This document shows positions 1-8,444 of a DNA stretch of 64,000 nucleotides, one piece after another. The position numbers and the translations under genes were made by a program. The stretch's first letter is position 1. Each line of letters starts with the position of its first letter. The notes under the pieces are model-generated. The model was not told the DNA's origin and made no database searches. It saw nothing but the letters and a program-made list of their open reading frames with translations. The DNA is from an uncultured euryarchaeote (GTDB taxonomy: Archaea > Thermoplasmatota > Poseidoniia > Poseidoniales > Thalassarchaeaceae), in assembly GCA_937911265.1 (NCBI GenBank), contig CALDRG010000063.1, positions 5,862 through 69,861 on the forward strand, given 5' to 3'.

Positions 1-848
1 GCGCTGGCGTCTCAAGCCTCGTAGTAGCTGGAGGGATGGAATCGATGAGTAACGCCCCTCACTTCATCAGAGGGGCCAGGCGCGGCGATGACATCTCCTA
101 CGCCTCGCTGGAGTCAGTGCTTGTGCACGACGGCCTAAAGGATGCGTACACCGGAGAGTCGATGGGCAACACAGGCGAGACTATTGCTGACGAAAATGGC
201 ATCACACGAGAGCAATCCGACGCTTTCGCCGTGCGCTCGCACGCTCTGGCCAACAAGGCTTGGGAAGAAGGTTGGTTGGACAAAGAGGTGTTCGCCGTCG
301 GTGGACTAGAGCGTGACGAGGGTATCCGCAGCGGCTCGACTATGGAATCTCTAGGTGACCTAGAAGCCGTTTTCATAGAAGGTGGACAGGTCACAGCGGG
401 AAACTCCAGTCAGGTCTCAGACGGGGCCTCAGCAGTGCTGATTGCATCCGAAGAGGCTGCTAATCAGCATGGTCTGCCCGTGCTGGCGCGTATTGTCGGC
501 TATGCTACCTCAGGCGTCGAGTCGCACCGAGTGATGTCCGCCCCCATCCCAACCGTTCACAAACTCCTCAAGCAGACCGGGATGAGCATGGAGAACATCG
601 ACATTCTAGAGCATAACGAGGCCTTCGCAGCGGCCTCGTGTGCCATTCAGATAGCTCTTGGCGCTTCAGAAGGCCGTTTCAATCCTCATGGAGGAGCGGT
701 GGCGATAGGCCATCCACTAGGGGCTACCGGTACTCGCTGTCTGATGACTCTAGTGAACGCCCTCGAGCGCTCCGGAGGGAGCCGTGGCATCGTGACGATA
801 TGCCTCGGCGGGGGCAACGCCGTTGCCATGATGGTAGAGCGCGATTGA
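1..848 (+). CDS. Acetyl-CoA acetyltransferase (thiolase), 5' end outside window
   Basis: Reading frame is open from base 3. Translation has thiolase motifs VVAGGMESMSNAPH, NEAFAAASC and C-terminal GHPLGATGTRCLMTLVNALER...CLGGGNAVAMMVE. Confidence 0.85.
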   Translation, partial: AGVSSLVVAGGMESMSNAPHFIRGARRGDDISYASLESVLVHDGLKDAYTGESMGNTGETIADENGITREQSDAFAVRSHALANKAWEEGWLDKEVFAVGGLERDEGIRSGSTMESLGDLEAVFIEGGQVTAGNSSQVSDGASAVLIASEEAANQHGLPVLARIVGYATSGVESHRVMSAPIPTVHKLLKQTGMSMENIDILEHNEAFAAASCAIQIALGASEGRFNPHGGAVAIGHPLGATGTRCLMTLVNALERSGGSRGIVTICLGGGNAVAMMVERD

Positions 849-923
849 AGGGATGGCACGCCCCCTATGGGGGGCGACTAGTTTGTCATAGGCCTTATTT
901 GGGGGTCGCTGGTCGCCCGGCCG

Positions 924-1178
924 ATGGTAAAGCCCGCAAGAACCCACACACGCTTCGAAAAGGCGAGGATTATCGGTGCTAGAGCGCTTCAGATTAGCAT
1001 GGGAGCTCCTCTCTTCGTAACCGAGGACGAACTGCGTCAACACTTCAGCGATGAGTTGATTCAGCTGTACGGTGTTGAAGAGGCAAAGTGGAGGGTCGTT
1101 CTAGACCCCAACAAGATAGCGATGCTGGAGTACCAACAGCACCGGATACCGATTGACGTAGACCCTCACACAGAGTGA
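924..1178 (+). CDS. rpoK: DNA-directed RNA polymerase subunit K (Rpo6/RpoK), with an internal insertion
   Basis: [21 protein letters not shown] is the Rpb6/RpoK signature. C-terminal [17 protein letters not shown] matches the conserved RpoK C-terminus. About 25 extra residues lie between the two conserved blocks. Confidence 0.7.
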   Translation: MVKPARTHTRFEKARIIGARALQISMGAPLFVTEDELRQHFSDELIQLYGVEEAKWRVVLDPNKIAMLEYQQHRIPIDVDPHTE

Positions 1179-1244
1179 GTCCGCATCGGTTCGGGCAAGT
1201 CTATTTGTCTGAACACCGAGGCTCTCTCACAGGGGGGATTTTAG

Positions 1245-2285
1245 TTGCTCGACGGGATCCAAGCCAAGCAGTTGACTGGGGCTTTGGTGATAGTCACCTT
1301 CCTCGTCATCGCCCTTGGCGGCGTGATTCGAATCTACGACGCAGGGGAATCATGTCCGGACTGGCCGACCTGCTTTGGCACGATTGGTTTTGACGTCTCA
1401 GAGGCCGAGCAAGAGGCATGGTACGAGGCCAATCCCGATGAGATTGACTCAAGGGGGAGTGGCCACCGTTACACGACTTTTCAGATCTTCACAGAGTGGG
1501 CGCACCGACTGCTCGCAGGAGTTGTTCTAGGGCCTCTTGTGCTCCTCAATTGGCTGATAGTCAGACGTGAAGAGGAGCTCGGTTCCGAGGTCCATCTGGC
1601 TTCCAGCATTGCGGTGGCCCTGATAGTATGGCAGGGGGCTGTGGGATGGCTGACGGTAAGTATGGACAACGAGCACTGGAGTGTCGCCCTACATCTGGGC
1701 TCAGCCCTCGCATTCATGCTCAGCCTAATCTGGCTCTGGCTAGCGATATCAAAGGACCATCGCAAACTGCCTGATTGGGCAAACTTCGAGGCGACTTCGA
1801 AGAATTGGAGGGGTCGGTTGTTCTGGCTTTCTACGGGAATCCTGTTCACACTGTTCTCGGGCGCCTTCGTTTCGACAACCAATGGAGCGAATGCCGCTTG
1901 CGGGGTCAACGGTTTGTTTGAATCGTGGCCATTGTGCCACGGAGAGTTGATTTCGTCGGTTCACGACTGGGTGCTGCAGTCTCAGGTCATCCATAGATGG
2001 ATGGTAGTTGGAGTCGCAGCCAGTCTGTTGGGAGCATCATGGTTGGCCTGGAAGGAATTCGGCTCAGACAATGTGTTGTACAAGTGGTTCTGGTGGTCGA
2101 CCGCCCTGTATCTGGTAAACATCGGCATTGGAGCCTCGTACATCCTATCATGGGATATCAGTGACGGCTATATCGAGTACCTCTCACTGATCCATCTGCT
2201 TGTAGCCTCACTCTCTTTCATCGTCCTATCTACGGCTTGGATGGGAGCGACAATGGGGCTTGTAAAGGAGGAACAGCATGAATGA
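1245..2285 (+). CDS. ctaA: Heme A synthase (CtaA/COX15-like), polytopic membrane protein
   Basis: Multi-TM protein with the conserved Cys pair in the first extracytoplasmic loop (ESCPDWPTCFG; second pair CGVNG...WPLCHG). TTG start. Overlaps ctaB by 8 nt. Confidence 0.7.
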   Translation: MLDGIQAKQLTGALVIVTFLVIALGGVIRIYDAGESCPDWPTCFGTIGFDVSEAEQEAWYEANPDEIDSRGSGHRYTTFQIFTEWAHRLLAGVVLGPLVLLNWLIVRREEELGSEVHLASSIAVALIVWQGAVGWLTVSMDNEHWSVALHLGSALAFMLSLIWLWLAISKDHRKLPDWANFEATSKNWRGRLFWLSTGILFTLFSGAFVSTTNGANAACGVNGLFESWPLCHGELISSVHDWVLQSQVIHRWMVVGVAASLLGASWLAWKEFGSDNVLYKWFWWSTALYLVNIGIGASYILSWDISDGYIEYLSLIHLLVASLSFIVLSTAWMGATMGLVKEEQHE

Positions 2286-3315
2286 CCTGAGGCCATACTT
2301 CTCCCTGACCAAGCCACGGGTGGTCGTGCTCCTACAGATTACTGCGTTGTGCTCAGTGCTGGTGCACGACCAGCTCGGTGGCGGACTAGATGCAAACACA
2401 GCGCGGACAGTGCTGGTGGTATTCGTAGGAGGGTACCTGAGCGCTGGGGGCGCCAATGCGATCAACATGTGGTACGACAGGGACATCGATCCACTGATGA
2501 CGCGCACGAAGAACCGGCCCGTGCCCGCGGGTGAGGTCTCGGCCAACGCCGCTCTGGGATTCGGAATCACCCTGTCACTTCTCGGAGTAGCGTGGTTTGA
2601 GATATTGGCCAACTCAGTGGCCGCATTCTGGTCGGCTTTCAGCATCCTGTTCTACGTATTCATCTACAGCATATGGCTGAAGCGTACAACGCCGCAGAAC
2701 ATAGTCATCGGCGGCATCGCCGGCTCGACGCCGCCCGTGATAGGCTGGGCAGCGGCTGAGGGCGAACTCACGGTAGCTACTGACTCGGCCCGGGTTATGT
2801 TGGAGTCACTCCTCGACCTAGGCAGCCTGATGCCGTGGTTCATGTTCCTGCTAATCTTCCTGTGGACTCCTCCTCACTTCTGGGCGCTAGCACTGTACCG
2901 TTCCGAGGAGTATGGGAATGTGGGCATCCCGATGATGCCGAACGTTAAGGGAGCAGAGAGGACGGTTCGCGAGATGAAGGCATACGCTGCGCTTCTAGTG
3001 ATTTTGTCGATAGCTGCCCCAATGAGTTACGGCGGTATAAATGAGAGCGACGCCATCTACCAAGTCCTCGGCTGTACGACAATTGGACTGAGCATTTGGT
3101 ACTCGAGCACAGTCTGGAGAGTGGATCTAAGCGAGCAGCGCGACCCCACTGGGAGGATACCAACGGCCGCCCGCTCCTTCTTCGTCTCCATGCTCTACCT
3201 AGCCCTGATGTTCATAGTTCTAGTCACAGCCAGTTTCGGGCTACTGGGCGCCGGAATAGGTGCTGTTCTAGCTGTAACTGCAATGGTTCGCAGCGAGACC
3301 CGGGCGAAGTCCTGA
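2278..3315 (+). CDS. ctaB: Protoheme IX farnesyltransferase (heme O synthase, UbiA family)
   Basis: UbiA-family motifs NMWYDRDIDPLMTRTKNRPVPAGEVS and a second Asp-rich region. 8-9 TM helices. Translationally coupled to ctaA. Confidence 0.8.
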   Translation: MNDLRPYFSLTKPRVVVLLQITALCSVLVHDQLGGGLDANTARTVLVVFVGGYLSAGGANAINMWYDRDIDPLMTRTKNRPVPAGEVSANAALGFGITLSLLGVAWFEILANSVAAFWSAFSILFYVFIYSIWLKRTTPQNIVIGGIAGSTPPVIGWAAAEGELTVATDSARVMLESLLDLGSLMPWFMFLLIFLWTPPHFWALALYRSEEYGNVGIPMMPNVKGAERTVREMKAYAALLVILSIAAPMSYGGINESDAIYQVLGCTTIGLSIWYSSTVWRVDLSEQRDPTGRIPTAARSFFVSMLYLALMFIVLVTASFGLLGAGIGAVLAVTAMVRSETRAKS

Positions 3316-3376
3316 GAGCCCGATGGCTTCAAACACCGAGTGCACCATCGCGCTGCGTCGTAAAGGAGGTGGGGCA

Positions 3377-4633
3377 ATGAATGAGCAGGACCTGATTTAC
3401 GATTGGAACAAGATAGATTACGAGATTGAGCGAGATGGGTCGAACCACCCGCATGAATTATGGTTCGACGACGAGACCTTGCGTGACGGTCTGCAGAGCC
3501 CGAGTGCTCGCAACCCGACCATAGAACAGAAGATTGAGTTAATTGACTTCATGGAGTCCCTCGGAATCCAAAAAGCGGATCTCGGGCTTCCCGGTGCTGG
3601 ACCCTTTCATGTCGGCCACATCGATGCAATGCTCACTCACATGGGCGAGAACGACTACGCGCTGCGCCCTGGATGCGCTGTCCGTACGGTGGTGAGCGAC
3701 ATCGAGCCACTGGTAGATCTGCAGGCCAAGCACGAACGGCAGATACAGGCTAGCGCCTTCCTAGGGACCAGTCCAATTCGCCAGTATGCAGAGGACTGGA
3801 CGATGGAGAAGATTATCTCGACAGCCGAGAAGGCTGTATCATTCGCCATCGACAACGACATTCCAGTGATGTTTGTCACCGAAGACACCACGCGCAGTAA
3901 ACCAGAGGATATCAAGGCCGTATACACTAGGGCACTGGAGCTCGGTGCTGACCGAATCTGCGTGTGCGACACATGCGGGCACGTTACCCCCAACGGAGTC
4001 CGCAAGTTGCTCTCTTTCATTCAAAACGAAGTGATACCCGACGCAGGGGTGAAGCGACGTGACATCGAGGTCAACTGGCACGGGCATCAAGACCGTGGAC
4101 TTGGCGTCGCCAACAACCTCGCTGCCTACGAGGCCGGGGCCGATGTCATCCACGGGACCGCCCTCGGAGTGGGCGAGAGGGCCGGCAACGCCCCTCTCGA
4201 CCAGACGCTTGTCAATCTCAGCCTTATGGGAGTGATTAGCAATGACCTGACTGCCCTAAACCAATACATGCGCAAGGCGCACGAATACGTCGAAGTTGCT
4301 CTGCCTCGCAACTACCCTGTGTTCGGCAAGGACGCCTTCGAGACCGGGACGGGTGTGCACGCGTCCGCAGTGGTCAAGGCGATGAAGAAGGGTGACCACT
4401 GGCTCGCAGACCGCATTTACTCTGGAGTACCTGCTGCGGACTATGGGCTGCAGCAGGTAATCCGGATAGGTCACATGAGTGGGCGCTCCAACATCATCTG
4501 GTGGCTACAGCAGAACGGCTACGAAGCGACTGACGAACTGGTATCGAACTTGTTTGAAGTGGCCAAGGGACAGCGTAGAATGATGACCGATGAAGAGGTC
4601 CATACAGCCATCTCAGGATTCCTCCAGTCATGA
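3377..4633 (+). CDS. 2-isopropylmalate synthase-like DRE-TIM metallolyase (LeuA type 2 catalytic domain, no C-terminal regulatory domain)
   Basis: LRDGLQ, DTCGHVTP and HGHQDRGLGVANNLAAYEAGADVIHGTALGVGERAGNAPLDQ resemble actinobacterial/yeast-type alpha-IPM synthase. Start moved to ATG 3377, which has a strong SD (AAGGAGGTG at 3363-3371). Ends after the catalytic and subdomain regions, about 419 aa. Confidence 0.65.
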   Translation: MNEQDLIYDWNKIDYEIERDGSNHPHELWFDDETLRDGLQSPSARNPTIEQKIELIDFMESLGIQKADLGLPGAGPFHVGHIDAMLTHMGENDYALRPGCAVRTVVSDIEPLVDLQAKHERQIQASAFLGTSPIRQYAEDWTMEKIISTAEKAVSFAIDNDIPVMFVTEDTTRSKPEDIKAVYTRALELGADRICVCDTCGHVTPNGVRKLLSFIQNEVIPDAGVKRRDIEVNWHGHQDRGLGVANNLAAYEAGADVIHGTALGVGERAGNAPLDQTLVNLSLMGVISNDLTALNQYMRKAHEYVEVALPRNYPVFGKDAFETGTGVHASAVVKAMKKGDHWLADRIYSGVPAADYGLQQVIRIGHMSGRSNIIWWLQQNGYEATDELVSNLFEVAKGQRRMMTDEEVHTAISGFLQS

Positions 4634-4658
4634 AGCAGGTGCTTCACACTATAGACGA

Positions 4659-7600
4659 ATGGCTAAATGTCGAATGCGTTCGAGTTCGGTCATGCGCACG
4701 GCGCTAGCGGTACTCATCATCCTCCTATTCGCCCCCCTTGGGGGCGTGATTGCTGACAGTGCGGGGCAGCCAGACGACCTTGGAATAGAGGGCGACGAGA
4801 TACTGCCTACATACTCGCGAGCCGTGCAGTTGGCCTTCGAAAGAGTCGGGGACATGAGTGGCTACTCGGAGGAGGATATCGAAGGAGTGCACGAGTGGCT
4901 TGTCGTCACAAGAGTCCCCATCGAAAAGCACCAATTGACTAAGGCAGCGCCTGAATCGAGCGAACCGGCCCCTATTCTTCGAGGAGCCTACATCTGGGTT
5001 TTCGACTACCCACTCAAGTCGGTGGCTCTGCTCCAGCAGTCTCTTGAAGCGGGTGAAATTGAATCATTCTCACCACTGCTGGAGAAGAAGCAGGAACCGC
5101 GACTCTCGCCGAACGACACAGAGTTCTCAGAGCAGTGGCACCTTGAGAACACCGGCCAGACCAACGGCTTATCGGGAGAGGATGTCAACGTCACCAGCAC
5201 CTGGGACACCTACACCGGATCTGGAGTAGTAATCAGTGTGGTCGATGATGGGCTCGACCATGCCCACAGCGATCTCAGCCCTCACTACTCATCGCTACTC
5301 TCGTACGACTGGTGCAACGACGATGGTGATCCCAGTCCCTCCAGCTGGAACGGTCACGGCACGGCCGTGGCCGGAGTGGCCGCTGCAGTCGGGAACAACG
5401 CACTGGACGTCACCGGAGTCGCATTCAACGCAACCATTGCGGGATCGACGTTGATTGCGTGCTGGGCTGGTGATGCGACCGAAGCTGATGCACTGAGTTA
5501 CGAGAGTGACGATATCGACATCTACACCAATTCTTGGGGCCCTGCTGACGACGGTCAGACCCTCGAGGCGCCCGGACCGCTAACTCTGGCGGCCTTCGAA
5601 AGTGATGCCTACGACGGACGCGAGGGATTAGGCAACCTAATCACATGGGCTGCAGGCAACGGCCTCGGCTCAGACGACAACTCAAACTACGACGGTTACG
5701 CCAACAGTCGCTTCACCATCGCCGTCACCGCAATCGACCACGACGGTGACCAGTCCTACTACGCTGAGCCGGGGGCGAACATACTCGTCGCAGCGCACTC
5801 CAATGGTGACGGCGAAGGTATCACTACGACCGATATCTCCGGCACAGGCGGCTACAACAGCAGCGGCAACGTGACTCATACCTTCGGCGGCACCTCTAGC
5901 GCCACCCCGTTGGCCGCTGGAGTCATTGCGCTGATACTCGACGCCAACGAAAACCTGACTTGGAGGGATGTGCAACACGTTCTAGTCAACAGTGCGCGCA
6001 TGAATGATGCCAGTGACTCGTCATGGGGCGTAAACGGCGCCGGACACGACGTCTCGCACAAGTACGGTTTCGGGGTGGTCGATGCCGGCGCCGCCGTCTC
6101 TGTAGCCGAGAACTGGATCAACGTAGGAGATGAGTTGAACTCCACCTACGGACCCTATGCTCCTTCGGCAAACATCCCTGACGATACGCCTGAATGGACC
6201 GAATTCACGACTATGGTTACAGACGAGTACTCACTCGAGAGCGTAGATGTGGCGGTCGACATAACTCACACTGCGAGAGGAGATCTCGATATCGTACTAG
6301 TCTCTCCTTCCGGAACTGAGTCTTGGTTGGCTGAGTCACGCAACGACAATGGAAACCACTACTCTGACTGGATGTTTAGCACTGTAAGACACTGGGATGA
6401 GTCTTCATTGGGAAATTGGACGCTGAAGGTACGTGACACATCTTCGGGTGCGACTGGCACACTAGATTCATGGGAGTTATTATTGCATGGAGTAGACATA
6501 GACTACGACCACGATGACGACGGATTGAGCGACCAGAATGAGACGCTGGTATACGGTACTGACCCCTATGACTCCGACACCGACGATGATGGATTAAGCG
6601 ACTTCGATGAAGTGATGATACATGGAACAGACCCATTGGCTATTGATACCGACCTTGACGGGCTGAGCGACTGGTCTGAAGTGACTACCACTGGTACTGA
6701 TCCGCTCGACTCTGACACTGATGATGACGGGCTGAGCGATGGTGCTGAGATTAACTTCTGGCAGAGTGACCCTCTTTGGTACGACCCTGATGCCGACTCC
6801 GACCTATTCTACCACTTCAATGACTGTAACGATACAAACCCAAATGTCAACCCAGGCAGGCCGGAGCTACTGAACGACATCGATGACAACTGCGACACCT
6901 TTGTCGATGAGGGTTACAACTTCACCGACAGAGACAATGACGGACTCAAGGACTGGAACGAGTACCACGTCCACGGCACTGACTACATGGACTCCGACAC
7001 CGATGACGACGGGCTGGATGACGGTGAGGAAGTCAACATCTACGCCGCCCTTGGCTCGGACCCGTTGGTGTATGACCCCGACTCTGACTCAGACTTGTGG
7101 TACTGGTTTGAGGACTGCGACGACGAGGACGGTAATCGATCTCCCGGCCACGTCGAACTGCTCGACAACTTCGACAACGACTGCGACTTCCTAATCGACG
7201 AAGATTACTGGGACCGCGATACCGACAACGACGGGCTGACCGACTACGACGAGTATCACAACATCACCACCGACTACCTTGACGGGGACACCGACGGCGA
7301 CGGGTTACCCGACGGCCTAGAGTACAATGAGTACTCCTCAATGGGAGCCGACCCGCTGGTCCACGACGACGATGCTGATTCCGACGGCTGGTACTGGTTC
7401 CAAGACTGTGATGACGAGGATTTCGACAGAGCGCCGCTCAAGCCCGAGGCCCTCGATGGCAAGGACAACGACTGCGACGAAGTCGTTGACGAGGACTTCT
7501 TCGAACTCGACAGTGACGACGACGGACTGACTGACTTCGATGAGTTTCACAACTTTACCACTGACCCGGGGCTGGCCGACAGCGACGCGGACGGGATGTC

Positions 7601-8444
7601 GGACGGTCACGAGGTGATGGTCAGTGGCTCAGACCCCATGCAGTTCAACTTCGACCGCGACGAGGACGGATTCTACGACTTTGAGGACTGTGAGGACCTT
7701 GTCGGCACCATCAACCCTGCAGGAGTCGAGACTTGGAACGGCCGAGATGATGACTGCAACGATGCAGTTGATGATGGATTGAGCAGGAAGAACTTGGTCA
7801 CAACTATCCCTGACTTCCGCCAAGTGCACTTGTGGGACGCGGTCAATGAGAGTCTTGTTCTCAGCATCGGCCCGATACCGGAAAATGTCGTCGTCTCGCT
7901 GTCATGGCAGTTTGGCGATTACACATTGACGGAGAACGTCAGCTCCGACGGGAGGGGCATTGTCATCGAACCTATCGACTGCGATGCCGGAGACACCACT
8001 CTAACCATCTACCTGTGCGGCCAAGGTAGTGGACCGCAGCAGATTACTGCAACCCTAGTTGACTCGGGTCAGACTACTGTCTTCGTCTGGGACATAGACA
8101 TGGATGTATGGATACCGCCGGAGACACTCTCAGAGAAGTTACTCTCTTTCGTCACTTCTCCTACCGGGCTCGCTGTGACCCTCGTGGCGCTACTATCCAT
8201 GATAGGAGGTTGCGTCTACGCAGTGGGAAGATTCTCGCACAAGCGCAAGCTCAAGGACGCTTACGAGGCGTACGATCTGAAACCAGAGAAGTTCTCACTC
8301 TCACCGGAGTTTCAGGACTACGATTTACCCTCCGCACCTGATTTGGGTGCCCTCATAGGGCAGCATAATACTCCTGTTGAACTGCCATCCGTACCGGTAT
8401 TCGAAGATGAGGACGAGATACCTCGGGCCCCTAAACTAGACTGA
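4659..8444 (+). CDS. Membrane-anchored kexin/furin-like subtilase (S8) with P-domain, TSP3-like Ca-binding repeats and MopE-like Cys motifs
   Basis: Signal/TM MRTALAVLIILLFAPLGG. S8 catalytic triad contexts VVDDGLDHAHSDL, WNGHGTAVAGV, GTSSATPLAAGV. P (homoB) domain ...ARGDLDIVLVSPSGTESWL...GNWTLKVRDTSSGATGTLDSWELLLHG. Repeated DTDDDGLSD and DC(D/N)D...P...DNDCD...DE modules. C-terminal TM GLAVTLVALLSMIGG and a roughly 90-aa cytoplasmic tail. Start moved inward from 4590 because the upstream gene ends at 4633. Confidence 0.8.
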   Translation: MAKCRMRSSSVMRTALAVLIILLFAPLGGVIADSAGQPDDLGIEGDEILPTYSRAVQLAFERVGDMSGYSEEDIEGVHEWLVVTRVPIEKHQLTKAAPESSEPAPILRGAYIWVFDYPLKSVALLQQSLEAGEIESFSPLLEKKQEPRLSPNDTEFSEQWHLENTGQTNGLSGEDVNVTSTWDTYTGSGVVISVVDDGLDHAHSDLSPHYSSLLSYDWCNDDGDPSPSSWNGHGTAVAGVAAAVGNNALDVTGVAFNATIAGSTLIACWAGDATEADALSYESDDIDIYTNSWGPADDGQTLEAPGPLTLAAFESDAYDGREGLGNLITWAAGNGLGSDDNSNYDGYANSRFTIAVTAIDHDGDQSYYAEPGANILVAAHSNGDGEGITTTDISGTGGYNSSGNVTHTFGGTSSATPLAAGVIALILDANENLTWRDVQHVLVNSARMNDASDSSWGVNGAGHDVSHKYGFGVVDAGAAVSVAENWINVGDELNSTYGPYAPSANIPDDTPEWTEFTTMVTDEYSLESVDVAVDITHTARGDLDIVLVSPSGTESWLAESRNDNGNHYSDWMFSTVRHWDESSLGNWTLKVRDTSSGATGTLDSWELLLHGVDIDYDHDDDGLSDQNETLVYGTDPYDSDTDDDGLSDFDEVMIHGTDPLAIDTDLDGLSDWSEVTTTGTDPLDSDTDDDGLSDGAEINFWQSDPLWYDPDADSDLFYHFNDCNDTNPNVNPGRPELLNDIDDNCDTFVDEGYNFTDRDNDGLKDWNEYHVHGTDYMDSDTDDDGLDDGEEVNIYAALGSDPLVYDPDSDSDLWYWFEDCDDEDGNRSPGHVELLDNFDNDCDFLIDEDYWDRDTDNDGLTDYDEYHNITTDYLDGDTDGDGLPDGLEYNEYSSMGADPLVHDDDADSDGWYWFQDCDDEDFDRAPLKPEALDGKDNDCDEVVDEDFFELDSDDDGLTDFDEFHNFTTDPGLADSDADGMSDGHEVMVSGSDPMQFNFDRDEDGFYDFEDCEDLVGTINPAGVETWNGRDDDCNDAVDDGLSRKNLVTTIPDFRQVHLWDAVNESLVLSIGPIPENVVVSLSWQFGDYTLTENVSSDGRGIVIEPIDCDAGDTTLTIYLCGQGSGPQQITATLVDSGQTTVFVWDIDMDVWIPPETLSEKLLSFVTSPTGLAVTLVALLSMIGGCVYAVGRFSHKRKLKDAYEAYDLKPEKFSLSPEFQDYDLPSAPDLGALIGQHNTPVELPSVPVFEDEDEIPRAPKLD
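6496..7780 (+). repeat. Intragenic tandem protein-coding repeats (about 95-aa modules x4, each carrying TSP type-3-like Asp boxes and a MopE-like C-x-D...DNDCD motif)
   Basis: Repeated peptide modules are visible in the translation: DCNDTNPNVNPGRPELLNDIDDNCDTFVDEG / DCDDEDGNRSPGHVELLDNFDNDCDFLIDED / DCDDEDFDRAPLKPEALDGKDNDCDEVVDED / DCEDLVGTINPAGVETWNGRDDDCNDAVDDG. They interleave with DTDDDGLSD boxes. Confidence 0.7.

Noticed and set aside
4590-4658. Longest-ORF start of the kexin-like protease (MKRSIQPSQDSSSHEAG...)
   Set aside because: Overlaps the 3' end of the upstream synthase gene (stop at 4633) and precedes the signal peptide. An internal ATG at 4659 (or 4692) gives a proper signal sequence.
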